In this document: piece by piece, positions 1 through 11,765 of the stretch
Position numbering within the stretch: position 1 is the first letter of the stretch
Layout of the letters: the number at the start of each line of letters is the position of its first letter
NCBI RefSeq assembly: GCF_001194135.2
Contig: NC_068993.1
Span: 32,845,370-32,909,369, forward strand
DNA: 64,000 bases
DNA from: Octopus bimaculoides
Lineage: Eukaryota
Direction: 5' to 3'
Notes under the pieces: generated by a model
The model's input: the letters and a program-made list of their open reading frames with translations, nothing else
What the model was told of the DNA's origin: nothing
Databases searched by the model: none
Made by a program: the position numbers and the translations under genes

Positions 1-196
1 ATATAAATATAAATATATAAAGGCGACTCGAGTTTCAGGGCTATTTCCTTTCGTCATGGCCGGTATGACGCATATATATATATACTTCAAATTTACAGAA
101 AACAAAAGACAAAGACAGTTGTAGGAACAACAAGCAGGTGTATTAGTTTAATGCTTGGGAAGAATGGAAAAGTTTTTTATGTTTCGAGCCTATGCC

Positions 197-245
197 ATAG
201 ACAAACAGACAGACAGACCGACAGATAAACAGACAGATAAACAGG

Positions 246-294
<49 letters not shown>

Positions 295-311
295 GTGTGT
301 GTGTGTGTGTG
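197..311. repeat. (GACA)n(GATA)n(GT)n compound microsatellite
   Basis: Directly visible. Many further (TA)n, (CA)n, (GA)n and (CAT)n tracts occur across the window, often bordering gaps. Confidence 0.95.
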
Positions 312-414
312 TTATTGTCTCTTTGTTGTAACATTTCATGTGATAATTGTAAATGAGCCTCACCTAAAACAAACAGGTTGGTTGAAATGATTCTATAGTA
401 TTCTATATTACGAT

Positions 415-790
415 TATTGTGTGGTAAGAAGTTTGCTTTGCAGCCACATGGTTACAGTTTCAATCTCACTGCATTACACTTTGGACAAGTGTCACGTACT
501 ATAGCCCCAACCCTGGGCTAACCAAAGTCTTCTGAATGGATTTCGTAGATGGAAACTGAAAGAAGCATGTGTTAGTGTGTGTGTGTGTGTGTGTTTATTC
601 CTCTAACTACTTGACAACCGATGCTGGTTTGTTTACATCCCTGTAAATAAGCACTTCAGGAAAAGTGACCGATAGAATAAGAACCAGGTTTTAAAATATA
701 ATAAGTTCTGGGGTCGATTCATTCAATTAGAGTCCGTCATGGTGTTGCTCCAGTGTGGACTCAGTTCAATGACTGAAACAAGTGAAAGAT
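415..790 (+). mobile_element. SINE with internal microsatellite, diverged copy
   Basis: Same family as 25225-25605. Confidence 0.8.
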
Positions 791-1789
791 AAAAAACATA
801 CATACATACATACATACATACATACATACATACATACATACATACATGCATACATGCATACATACATGCAAGCATGCATTGGAAATTAATGACATACACG
901 TGAATTTCTAGAATAGTGTTTTTTTCCCCTCAACAAAACAATTCTTTGTTGGACTAAGATAAGCAGAGTAGTCTTCCTTGTTTACAATTGTAGTCTTGAT
1001 AAGACGAAATATTGGTTTATTTATTGACTCTTTTTAGCCTCAGATCAAAACTCTGATCAAATAGTATTATGGTCATAAGCCTGCCAGTCGTGACCATCAC
1101 ATATTTTATTTGGATACCATGGATCTATGACTACATTATCGAATTTTGAGAGAAAATAGCATGGTTTAAGATAGATTTAGCGAATGTATGCAAACACAAA
1201 GAATTGAGAATTACACATTTTTAATCAAAAAATTTATAACATAAGTTGCTGACCTACGTTTCTTATATGCTAGTGTTGCATCATACTTTAATGCAATGAT
1301 TCTACATATTAATGAATCCAGTTATATTACATAAATCTATAAAATAAACACCAGCATATTATTGTTCCTTATTCTAATAGTATCAGCATTGGCAACTTGA
1401 CCAAAGTCCATACTGAATGAAGCAAAGAAGAAATATTGATGGGGGATTGAGTAGAAATGTAGAGGTTGCAATGAGATATCATCTGGTAAGAATTCTTATT
1501 GTATTTCAACATAAGCTGATTTGAATAAAACATAGAAAAATTGAATGCATTCTAAGCTATACCAACAACATCCAGTATAGGTCATAGAATTTAATTTATT
1601 GACCACTGAAGTTAAAGATTGGAAGAAATATCAATGTGGCAGACAAAATATTTAATTAAGATATTAAAGAAAAATTAGTAACCTTATTCAGTATATAAGC
1701 AATTGTACTCTTTTGGGGAGAAATATATTTCAAATTTAAATCAAGAGTGAAAAGTAATTTCAGTATGTAAATATAACCCAAGGCAGTGA

Positions 1790-1990
1790 GATGTTAGCAC
1801 TCCAAGCAAAATATCTAATGGCATTTCATCCATCTTTATGTTCTGAGTTCAAATGCTACTAAGACTGACTTTCCCTTTCATTCTTTTTGGGGTCAATAAA
1901 ATAAATGCCATTTGAATACTGGGGTCAATGTAACTGGCTTTCTCCTCCCTTAAAATTGCCAAATTTTCTGCCAAAATTTGAAACCAGTAT
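1790..1990 (+). mobile_element. Deu/Nin-like-domain SINE
   Basis: TTCTGAGTTCAAATGC...CCTTTCATTCTTTTTGGGGTCAATAAAATAA. Confidence 0.7.
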
Positions 1991-3269
1991 AATTGAAAAG
2001 GAGGATTTATAAAGAGGAAGAATGATTAGAGAAAAAGAACAAAAATTAATAAATAAATCATAATGAAATAAACTAATACATCAAAGGATGGTATTTAAAG
2101 TCCAAGAAGGTTAGATGCAATTCTAAGCATTTAAAAAATTAAAAATTAAAAAAAGTTAAACAACTAAGAAACATTGTCAATGAAAACAATGTAAACCTGT
2201 GATTATATTAATTATTTTAAAGAAAGCACTGAATCTAAAGGCAAGAAAGATTGAGATAAATATTGGAAGAATTAATTAAAAAAAAAGCTTTTTTTAATAA
2301 GAAAATATCATAATACCAGTTCATAAGTAGAATAAATGGACTATTACCATCTAGTTAAAATATGTCACAAAAATCTGGTGTTGTACATTATAAATTAGCT
2401 GTCAGTCTGGCATTTAGTGTCTGGCTGTTTGTTACTGGTGATCCATAATACAAATTTCTTGGGATGTTTCCTGCAGTCCTGGGCATTATAAACAACACAT
2501 CCATGTTAGATCGGACATGCTAATTAAGAAATGCGTGCATGTGTGTACTAACTCAGATATTCAGAAATCCAAGGAACTCTCTCTTGACTTGAAGGGATTT
2601 GTTGCTTTCTGTGACTTACTCTGAAATGTTTATCAAAGCAAAAAAATTCAGAGCATACACTCAGTAATAATAAGCTTATGGTATGCATTGTTCGAGAGCA
2701 TCGAGTACATCGAAAATAAAACAAGATGAGAATAAAAAGCAGTCATAAGTCAAATGAAAAAAGACAGCAATGAATGCTAGCACAGTACACAGAATAAACT
2801 GCAAAGAGATAGAAAATTGAACAATAAAAAAGTCATAAAAAGAAACTGTACAGGCATATCAGTCAATGAATTTCAGGAAGCATGAAATTTTTGATGGATG
2901 CAGAGATAGACGGAAAACAACTTTGGAAACTAGGATATATATTTGTGAATTTCCAGAAAAAATTTTTTTTTTTGTCTATTTTCCTGCCTTAAAACACCCT
3001 CAACACTTAATTCCGTTGGAATTAAGCAGAGTAATCTCCCTTGTCATACTTTCGTTCTTGTCAGACGACGGATTGGTTTCTTTATTAAGTTTTTAACCCC
3101 AGGTGAAAACCTATCAGATAGGTTTATGATCATAAGCTTGCCAGTCGTGACCATCACAGATTTTTATTGAGACACAATAAATCTATGACTACATTATTGA
3201 ATTTTAAGAGAAAATAGCGTAGTTTAAGATGGATATCGTGCATTTGTGTGTAGGTGTGCATATTATTAT

Positions 3270-3660
3270 TCAGTTTTATTTCAAGACTAGCAGAGAATCT
3301 TGGATTTAGTCATTCAACCGTTCATCGACAACTGTGTGCCATTGGAAAAATCAACAAATTGGGTCAGTGTGTTCCTCACAAACTCTCTGAGTCTAATCGC
3401 GTGCAGAGAGTGATTGTGTGCTCTTCTTTGCTGTCACATCTCACGAATGAACCATTTTTGGACCGAATAGTGACTGGTGACGAGAAATGGGTTCTTTATG
3501 AATATGCCTAGCGCTGAAGACAATGGGTAGGGAAAGGAGAAACACCAGCACCCCAAGGTAAAGAAGGTTTTCAACCATGTTAGGTGTTGTTAACTGTTTG
3601 GTGGGATATGAAAGGTTTAGTCCACTTTGAACTTTTAAACCCAAACCAAACGGTAACACA
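3270..3660 (+). pseudogene. Mariner transposase fragment (N-terminal to first catalytic D)
   Basis: LGQCVPHKLSESNRVQRV (WVPHEL-like) and FLDRIVTGDEKWVLY, followed by stops and the CLWWDMKG-type region. Confidence 0.88.
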
Positions 3661-4351
3661 CATAAGAAAGAAGAAAGCAAAGGACCACTGATGAGGTCAC
3701 AGAAGTGTGACGAAAGAACTCTGGCTGAAATAGGATTAATGTAATATAATGTAATTTAAAGCTGAAGCAAATTAACACCAAATATACAGTGCGTGTGTTT
3801 TTATTGGCTAAACTGGCAATATGACCATCCCCAAGTACAACTACATCTGTTTCAACACACGATTTCACATCAAAAATCTTGCAAAACAAATATATATATA
3901 TATANNNNNNNNNNNNNNNNNNNNNNNNNNNNNNNNNNNNNNNNNNNNNNNNNNNNNNNNNNNNNNNNNNNNNNNNNNNNNNNNNNNNNNNNNNNNNNNN
4001 NNNNNNNNNNNNNNNNNNNNNNNNNNNNNNNNNNNNNNNNNNNNNNNNNNNNNNNNNNNNNNNNNNNNNNNNNNNNNNNNNNNNNNNNNNNNNNNNNNNN
4101 NNNNNNNNNNNNNNNNNNNNNNNNNNNNNNNNNNNNNNNNNNNNNNNNNNNNNNNNNNNNNNNNNNNNNNNNNNNNNNNNNNNNNNNNNNNNNNNNNNNN
4201 NNNNNNNNNNNNNNNNNNNNNNNNNNNNNNNNNNNNNNNNNNNNNNNNNNNAATAGTGACTGTCTGGATATTTTGCGTTCTTGCCTAATTTTTGTATTTT
4301 TCTATATATTAAATATAGCGGCGTACGTACACTTTGGTCTCTTATATGTAA

Positions 4352-4385
<34 letters not shown>

Positions 4386-4780
4386 TTTGTACGACTCTCT
4401 TATTCTTTGTATTCTTTCCTTCTTTCTATCAGCTCTTTGACACTTTGTTCATTCCACTCTTCGTTCTTTTGTTCCCCCTCTTTCACATTTCCTGGCCTAC
4501 TCTTCATCCTCACTTTCCCTCCTCTTTCACTTCACGGTGTCCCTTTCATTTATTTCTCGCCCCTCCTTAATTCTTTTATCCTTCCACCTCTACCTCTCTC
4601 TCTTCTCTCCCCAGGTGACCGGTGTTTAGCCAAACCTGACGTTTCTTTCTTGGTTCAACTACCATCCGTGCAACATCTATATTCCTCCCTGTGCATGTCA
4701 AACCTTATGTCCTTGCCTTAAGGCTTTACTTCTGCACATGCCAGCTTAATTTAATTTGTCCTTAGTCAAAAGACACCTGT

Positions 4781-5880
4781 TGTTATGTCCCGTTAATTGT
4801 ATTTGTATTTGTGTAACATTTCTCTGTTTTTTCCCGTCCTTGATTTTGTATACATTCGCTGCTTTCTTCCAAGGAATCTAATGCTCTTAGCATAGTTTTT
4901 TCTTGGGGGTAGCCAGATTAGAGCAATCTTGAGTATAACCAGCCAAAATTGCAAAGATGATCTGGAACTTTCTTGTGTTACTGAACAGTTCCAATACTCT
5001 GCCATTGAACATTTTGTCAAATTTTTATGCATGCCCATTTATATTTCTTGCAATTATTTTTCTAATTGACTTGTCACATTTTTGTGCCATATCTTTGTTT
5101 GTTGCGATCAGTTGCCATCTTTGCTCTTTCTTGTGCCTGCTCCAATTATTCTGTTTACACACTGCCATACTCAGGGGGTAGCCCTTGTAGCGGCACAAGC
5201 AGTCAGCACCATATTGGATGAGATCTTGCGGTAGCCATCGCCATCTCTGAGACTGGAGTGAGATCTCACCTGCATCCATTTGCCATGCACGAGATCTCAC
5301 CTGCATCCATTTGCCATGCACGAGATCTCACCTGCATCCATTTGCCATGCACGAGATCTCACCTGCATCCATTTGCCATGCACGAGATCTCACCTGCATC
5401 CATTTGCCATGCACGAGATCTCACCTGCATCCATTTGCCATGCACGAGATCTCACTTGCATCCATTTGCCATGCACGAGATCTCACCTGCATCCATTTGC
5501 CATGCATGAGATCTCAATGAGGCTCACGATGGCAAACTAAATAAAAGAAACAAGCAATGAGGTTCGATCTCTCTTTTCCGCTGCGACTGCTTCTGGAGAA
5601 CACTTCACTGGCTGGGCCTCTAGGCAAATCTGCTTGTCATATCTCCTGAGGCAATGGCCCATGTAATGAAGAACGACGAACTCACACCGCATGAGATGGC
5701 TACAGAGAGCAATGCACTTTCACCCTTGTGTATAGTGTAAATAAAACTGTTTGAGAACCTGTGTTTTGCCTAAGACTTCTTTCCTCACCTGCTGGAGCCT
5801 TAAACAACACGAAGAACAAGAAGTTAATGGGAGAAGGCGATATTCAGCCGATATCGAGAACCTTGCCTCCCATTATAACC
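4781..5880 (+). mobile_element. Candidate solo LTR (~1.1 kb)
   Basis: TGTTAT...ATAAC(C) ends, AATAAA signals at about 5540 and 5739, GC-richer than flanks. No clear TSD and no coding region. Confidence 0.4.
5260..5516. repeat. 31-bp minisatellite, 8.3 units (GAGATCTCACCTGCATCCATTTGCCATGCAC)
   Basis: Directly visible, with nearly identical units. Confidence 0.97.
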
Positions 5881-5974
5881 TCAATATAAACCTAGAAAGC
5901 AGTTTCAGGATGTCATGAAAGGCAACCTTAAAACTTTGGGGATTGAAATCTTGAAATAAAACTGAATAATTACA

Positions 5975-5997
5975 TATGTATGTACATACATACATAC

Positions 5998-6028
<31 letters not shown>

Positions 6029-6212
6029 CATTCATAAATACATACATACATGCATACATTCATAAATACATACATACATGCATACATTCATAAATACATA
6101 CATACATACATACATACATACATACATACATACATACACACATACATACATACACACATACATACACATATACATACATACATACATATATACATACATA
6201 TATACATACATA
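5975..6212. repeat. (CATA)n compound microsatellite
   Basis: Directly visible. A similar tract lies at about 797-870. Confidence 0.95.
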
Positions 6213-6258
6213 TAATTAAGATTCAGTTGAATTAGATACTTAAATTGGTGCACCAAGA

Positions 6259-7238
6259 GGATCTTTCTGATTTGGCGGACACCACTTGTTTTCTTAACGA
6301 AACACTTTAAAACTTGGGACACTGGTAGAATGTGTCATATNNNNNNNNNNNNNNNNNNNNNNNNNNNNNNNNNNNNNNNNNNNNNNNNNNNNNNNNNNNN
6401 NNNNNNNNNNNNNNNNNNNNNNNNNNNNNNNNNNNNNNNNNNNNNNNNNNNNNNNNNNNNNNNNNNNNNNNNNNNNNNNNNNNNNNNNNNNNNNNNNNNN
6501 NNNNNNNNNNNNNNNNNNNNNNNNNNNNNNNNNNNNNNNNNNNNNNNNNNNNNNNNNNNNNNNNNNNNNNNNNNNNNNNNNNNNNNNNNNNNNNNNNNNN
6601 NNNNNNNNNNNNNNNNNNNNNNNNNNNNNNNNNNNNNNNNNNNNNNNNNNNNNNNNNNNNNNNNNNNNNNNNNNNNNNNNNNNNNNNNNNNNNNNNNNNN
6701 NNNNNNNNNNNNNNNNNNNNNNNNNNNNNNNNNNNNNNNNNNNNNNNNNNNNNNNNNNNNNNNNNNNNNNNNNNNNNNNNNNNNNNNNNNNNNNNNNNNN
6801 NNNNNNNNNNNNNNNNNNNNNNNNNNNNNNNNNNNNNNNNNNNNNNNNNNNNNNNNNNNNNNNNNNNNNNNNNNNNNNNNNNNNNACCCTAAAACCCTAA
6901 AGCTAAAACCAGTACAAACGCACAAACGATGTCATAAATAACAGTACCTCCGATAGTTGTTGTTGACAAACAACAGCACTAATTTTATTCAAGGGAAAAG
7001 ATCCCATTACACCGCCACGTCTTGTTGACAATCCACAGCAGTAATTGTTTTCACCTCAATAGACGTCAGTGATTGGTTGAATATGACAATTTTTAACATG
7101 AAATAACTTTGAATATAAAATTTTTCTCTGTTCTATAAGACAAAATATACAAGTATACGAAGTTTTAAAGTGTTTTGGTAGAAAACACACTAAATAAAAA
7201 CTAAATAAAAAATGGTGTCCGCCAAATCAGAAAGATCC
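6259..7238. mobile_element. TIR element with GG termini and an 8-bp TSD
   Basis: 26-bp TIR GGATCTTTCTGATTTGGCGGACACCA; TSD CACCAAGA at 6251-6258 and 7239-7246. The interior is largely gap. Confidence 0.85.
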
Positions 7239-7779
7239 CACCAAGACAGTTCGGTATAGTCCGCACGGCTCAAAGCTAGGAGAACAAAAAGCAAATAAGT
7301 GACATGGATGTCCAGGTGTCAATGCATTATGGCCGTTTCAAGCAGCTCCATTTAACGATCAATGAAAGAAAACATTACATCAATTTGAAAGAAACCGCTC
7401 TCCTCAGTTGCAGATGACCATATAGATTTCCAACATAAAGGATAAACCATTTTTAGCAAATTTTTATCAGTATTAGAAACCAAAATAATACATTGTTTCC
7501 TTTTGTTATATTTGTAGCAGAATGAATTTAGAGAAAAATGTATATCATCCTAATCCTACTATAATTTAGAGAATAGCAGAGGAAAATAGTTGGGGGTCAA
7601 GATATAGGAGTGGTGAGGTAGTTATTTATATCTATTTTTTATTTTATTTATAAGATTTTATGCAGAATATAGTCTACAACTATTTAGAATTAAATCTATT
7701 GGCTGTGTTCTAGTTGATGGTGAAAAATTAATTGTCATACAGCCTCCCAGACCCTTATTATACTAGGACCATATTTCTA

Positions 7780-8095
7780 GCTTTATCAACATAAAAGGAT
7801 ATGTCTCATAGTTGCTAGTGAGAGAATGACTGATGGAGAAGAGGTGATAACTAGAAGAAGGAAAGGTAGGGGTGGCTAGCACTTATTTAGATTATCAAAT
7901 AAAAGGGGAATATAGTGAAAAACAAAAGAAGTAAAAGTAAGCTCTAACGGTGGGAATTAGAATTGAGGTATAGAGGATGTGTCATAACTTAGCAAAGTAT
8001 TATTATATTAAATTTAGAAAAAATTTTTAGATCAATATAAGGGAAAAAAGATAGAAATTAAACTTAGAACTTAATAATGGGGTACTTTAATATAT
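7780..8095 (+). pseudogene. Highly decayed LINE apurinic-endonuclease remnant
   Basis: Correctly ordered motif traces FINIKG, RKGRGG and LIMGYFN (GDFN-like) among many stops. Confidence 0.4.
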
Positions 8096-8332
8096 AGGAG
8101 AAAGTTCATAAGGCCTTTCTTAAGCATATTGTTAAGGTGGTCATGTTAAAAACATTCCACAATGAGTTTATAAATGAATTAAATTACTGTCTATGTAGGA
8201 GTACATAGTATATATTAAATCAAAACAAGGATTATTCTCCTCATTACAGGTGGATAAGTAAATGATATCTAAAATATAGAATCAATTGTAAGGGGAAATT
8301 AAATCAGAGATGTACTAAATCTATAATAGAGT

Positions 8333-8712
8333 TGTTGTTGTTGTTGGCACTCCGTCGAAGGTTCCAGTTGATACGATCGACGGAACAGCCTGCTCGTGAA
8401 ATTAACGTGCAAGTGGCTGAGCACTCCACAGACACGTGTACCCTTAACATAGTTCTCGGGGATATTCAGCGTGACACAGTGTGACAAGGCTGACCTTTTG
8501 AATTACAGGCACAACAGAAACAGGAAATAAGAGTGAGAGAAAGTTGTGGTGAAAGAGTACAGCAGGGTTCGCCACCACCCCCTGCCGGAGCCTCGTGGCG
8601 CTTTAGGTGTTTTCGCTAAATAAACACTCACAACGCCCAGTCTGGGAATCGAAACCGCAATCCTATGACCGCGAGTCCGCTGCCCTAACCACTGGGCCAT
8701 TGCGCCTCCACT
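8333..8712 (-). mobile_element. tRNA(Arg)-like-derived SINE (~380 bp), full length
   Basis: Head GGCGCAATGGCCCAGTGGTTAGGGCAGCGGACTCGCGG with B box GGTTTCGATTCC; (CAA)n tail; 11-bp TSD TATAATAGAGT at 8322-8332 and 8713-8723. Confidence 0.92.
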
Positions 8713-8844
8713 TATAATAGAGTACATGCGGAAGTAATAGCTAAACTGATATGGGTGTGTATTATTCATTGAATAATACATTATTAAATGCTAAAACATA
8801 AAATAAGTATTTCTATATCGAGTAAACTTACATAAAAGAACTTG

Positions 8845-9322
8845 AAAAAATTTATTTATAAATTACAAGCACTATGGAAAAATTATGAAAGTATATAAGA
8901 AAGTATAAAAATATCACACATATATATATAAATTTATAAAGTTTATGATATAAAGTGTAATTATAAATATAATATTGTATTATATTATACAGTGAGTATA
9001 AAATTCTTTATAAAATAAGTTTTGATATATAAAAAATATTTTATCTTTTATTTTTCATTTTTTTAATATCTTATATTAATAAATTTCTATATTTCTATAT
9101 ACCCTCCTATATAGTTGTGTAGCTTCTACAGACTGTAAGAGGTTTATAATTTCTTTTCATAAAACTCACTGTATAATATAATCCAATATTATATTTATAT
9201 TTATAATTACACTTTACGTTTCATAAACTTTATAAATTTAGATATCTATGTGATATTTTTATACTTTCTTATATCCTTTCATAACTTTTTTATAGTGCTT
9301 GTAATTTATAAATAAATTTTTA
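8845..9322. repeat. AT-rich foldback: ~155-bp inverted arms around a ~160-bp spacer
   Basis: 8845-8997 matches the reverse complement of 9161-9322 (AAAAAATTTATTTATAAATTACAAGCACTAT...TATACAGTGAGT). Confidence 0.88.
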
Positions 9323-9503
9323 TTGATAAGTGACAATTCTGTAAATAACAATAATAATAATTATAAGCTTAAAGCTTATAATCATTCTTGTAGTATGCTT
9401 GTCCTCAGTTTGCAGGTGTAAAAGTATGACAAAACAGTTGTAGTGATTTAAATAAAGAATGTCATTTATTCCATTATCTAACATTTACCTATATATGTAT
9501 ATA

Positions 9504-11166
9504 CTAGCTGGTGTACCCGGTAATTCCTGGAGGTAAAGATGTATTGAAACGCCTTATTATTCTGATATATGAAAGCAATTTCATTATAACTGCCACAACA
9601 GGTGTATTTTCCGTCACAGAAAAGTACAAAAAAACTGCCAGCTGGAGAAGGGAGAGATTGTTGGAGGTTGACAAGAGAAGTTTTTGGAGGTTGGCGAGAA
9701 AGGTTGGCGGAGGTTGGCGAGAGGCAAAGATATTATTCTGCTTAGCGAAGGCATCTGGGAAATGTATAACTGCTGTCATTCACAGAAAAAACTATTGTTT
9801 TACCATGAGAAAAGCGCTGTTGAAGTGTCGAGTGAAATTTGGCAATTGAGGATCGAATCCACGCTATGCCTGCATGAAGCCACTACAAATACGTTGTGGA
9901 ATAAAAAATTTTATCTACTGTCATGGAAAAAGTGTAACTGTAAAAATGCAGAATTATCGGAGTAATGGGTATTCAAAAAAGTATGTATGTANNNNNNNNN
10001 NNNNNNNNNNNNNNNNNNNNNNNNNNNNNNNNNNNNNNNNNNNNNNNNNNNNNNNNNNNNNNNNNNNNNNNNNNNNNNNNNNNNNNNNNNNNNNNNNNNN
10101 NNNNNNNNNNNNNNNNNNNNNNNNNNNNNNNNNNNNNNNNNNNNNNNNNNNNNNNNNNNNNNNNNNNNNNNNNNNNNNNNNNNNNNNNNNNNNNNNNNNN
10201 NNNNNNNNNNNNNNNNNNNNNNNNNNNNNNNNNNNNNNNNNNNNNNNNNNNNNNNNNNNNNNNNNNNNNNNNNNNNNNNNNNNNNNNNNNNNNNNNNNNN
10301 NNNNNNNNNNTTATTTATATGTGTGTGTGTGTGTGTGTGTATGTATATGTTTGTGTGTCTGTGTTTGCCCCCCCCCCCAACATCGCTTGACAACCAATGC
10401 TGGTGTGTTTACATCCCTGTAACTTAGCAGTTCAGCAAAAGAGACCGATAGAATAAGTACTAGGCTTACAAAGAATAAGTCCTGGGATTGATTTGCTCGA
10501 CTAAAGGTGGTGCTCCTGCATGGCTGCAGTCAAATGACTGAAACAAATAAAAAAAAATAAAAAGTTCAAAACTGTGAGTAGTAAAATGCGGAATTAGATC
10601 GGCTGATCGTGAGAATCAAATATTGATCACTTCGCTAAAATCTGCAGGTGGTGCGGGTTATTTCCCTTGAGTTGTTTAAATAAAATATTAGTAATATGTA
10701 GTTGATAGAAGGAGCCATTGGAAGGGCCCTATTATCGATTTTTTTCAACAATCTAAGTATGTCACGAGGTTTCCAGACATGAGTTCTACTCACGTGTCAA
10801 ATAAAGTATAAAAATGATATTGTCTGCAAAAATTAGAAATAGGACACACAAAAAATCAATATTCAATGTAATCGAACATAAACAATGAAATGGGTTATTT
10901 CCCTTGAGTGCTTAAAAAATATTGTACAGATGCTATAGGTTATTTCCCTTGGGCGTTTAAAAAATTAGTTATATGAGGTAGATAAAAAGGTCCCTTCCAG
11001 GGGCCATATTATTGATTTTTTTCAACAATTCAAGTATGTCACAAGGTATCCAGACATGAGTTCTACTCATGTGTCGAGTTTCATCAAAATCAATAAAATG
11101 ATGTAGGAGGAATTAGCTAACAATGCTACAAACAAACACACACTGATTTTCCACATATGTAGTAGA
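9504..11166 (-). mobile_element. Non-autonomous Helitron with an internal ~277-bp direct duplication and a nested SINE
   Basis: 5' A|TCTACTAC at 11166 and 3' CTAG|T at 9504 with a degenerate GC hairpin. CATGAGTTCTACTCA occurs at about 10778 and 11055. Confidence 0.65.
10311..10560 (+). mobile_element. SINE with internal microsatellite, 3' half
   Basis: Same family; the 5' part is in the gap. Confidence 0.8.
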
Positions 11167-11638
11167 TAGGGCAGAGGTAAAGGACATGGACTGCACCCAC
11201 TTTTGGTTATTTTTTTAAAAAATTTTCTACAGAAACTCATCTTTTTGACTGCAGAGATTTCAAATCTGCAAAAAAAATCTATATTTCAAAATTTTAAATT
11301 TCCACATGTTCTCTCTACAATTAGAGATCGGCACCTCTTGATGCAACTGTTCTCATTCATGTATATTACATGGCCATACCAGCACAATCTTCTCTGTTGT
11401 ACACTGCATCTAATGCTAGTTTTTCTCTGAAATCACTTACACTGACATTACCCATCCAGCAAAGAATACAAAAGCATGTACTACTCACCCTTAACATTTG
11501 CTGAATAAATAGTAAAATAAGTACAACACATCACACACACCTCCATCCCCATATAATTACCATTCCTTCTTCTATTTCCATCATCTTCCCCTCTTCCCCA
11601 CCAAATGCACACAGAAATACCCACATAACTCACTTAAC

Positions 11639-11765
11639 CTTCGTACTGTTGTACATCCATTAATGTAATATCGCCTGAAGAAATGAATCCATGAAGATGA
11701 GCAACCTGATGCCCACAGATACTACGGACTGCACTGTAATCATACCAGGAATACGGGCTTTGAAT
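11639..11765 (-). other. Candidate coding exon of an unidentified gene (IQSPYSWYDYSAVRSICGHQVAHLHGFISSGDITLMDVQQYE-G)
   Basis: 127-nt open frame between TCTCTTAAG| and AG|GTTAAGTGAGT, GC-richer than its flanks. No homology recognised. Confidence 0.3.

Noticed and set aside
1381-1485. + strand exon-like segment (TAATAG|...CTG|GTAAG)
   Set aside because: Stops in all three frames and no linkage to any gene model.
2560-2800. - strand splice-like signals and short frames
   Set aside because: Several mutually exclusive interpretations, none giving a recognisable peptide.
5260-5516. CRISPR-like array
   Set aside because: The units are contiguous with no unique spacers, and the context is eukaryotic.
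5025-5540. Repetitive ORFs (MHEISPASICHARDLTC...)
   Set aside because: They are translations of the 31-bp minisatellite in all frames.
8640-8712. tRNA-like sequence (also at about 36222-36290 and 61075-61135)
   Set aside because: These are SINE heads: continuous with SINE bodies, TSD-flanked in two cases, and lacking a complete acceptor stem.
7500-9400. Possible NUMT (strand-asymmetric sequence plus a control-region-like inverted repeat)
   Set aside because: Translation with the invertebrate mitochondrial code gave no convincing cox/nad/atp alignment or tRNA. The opposite strand instead shows LINE endonuclease motif traces.
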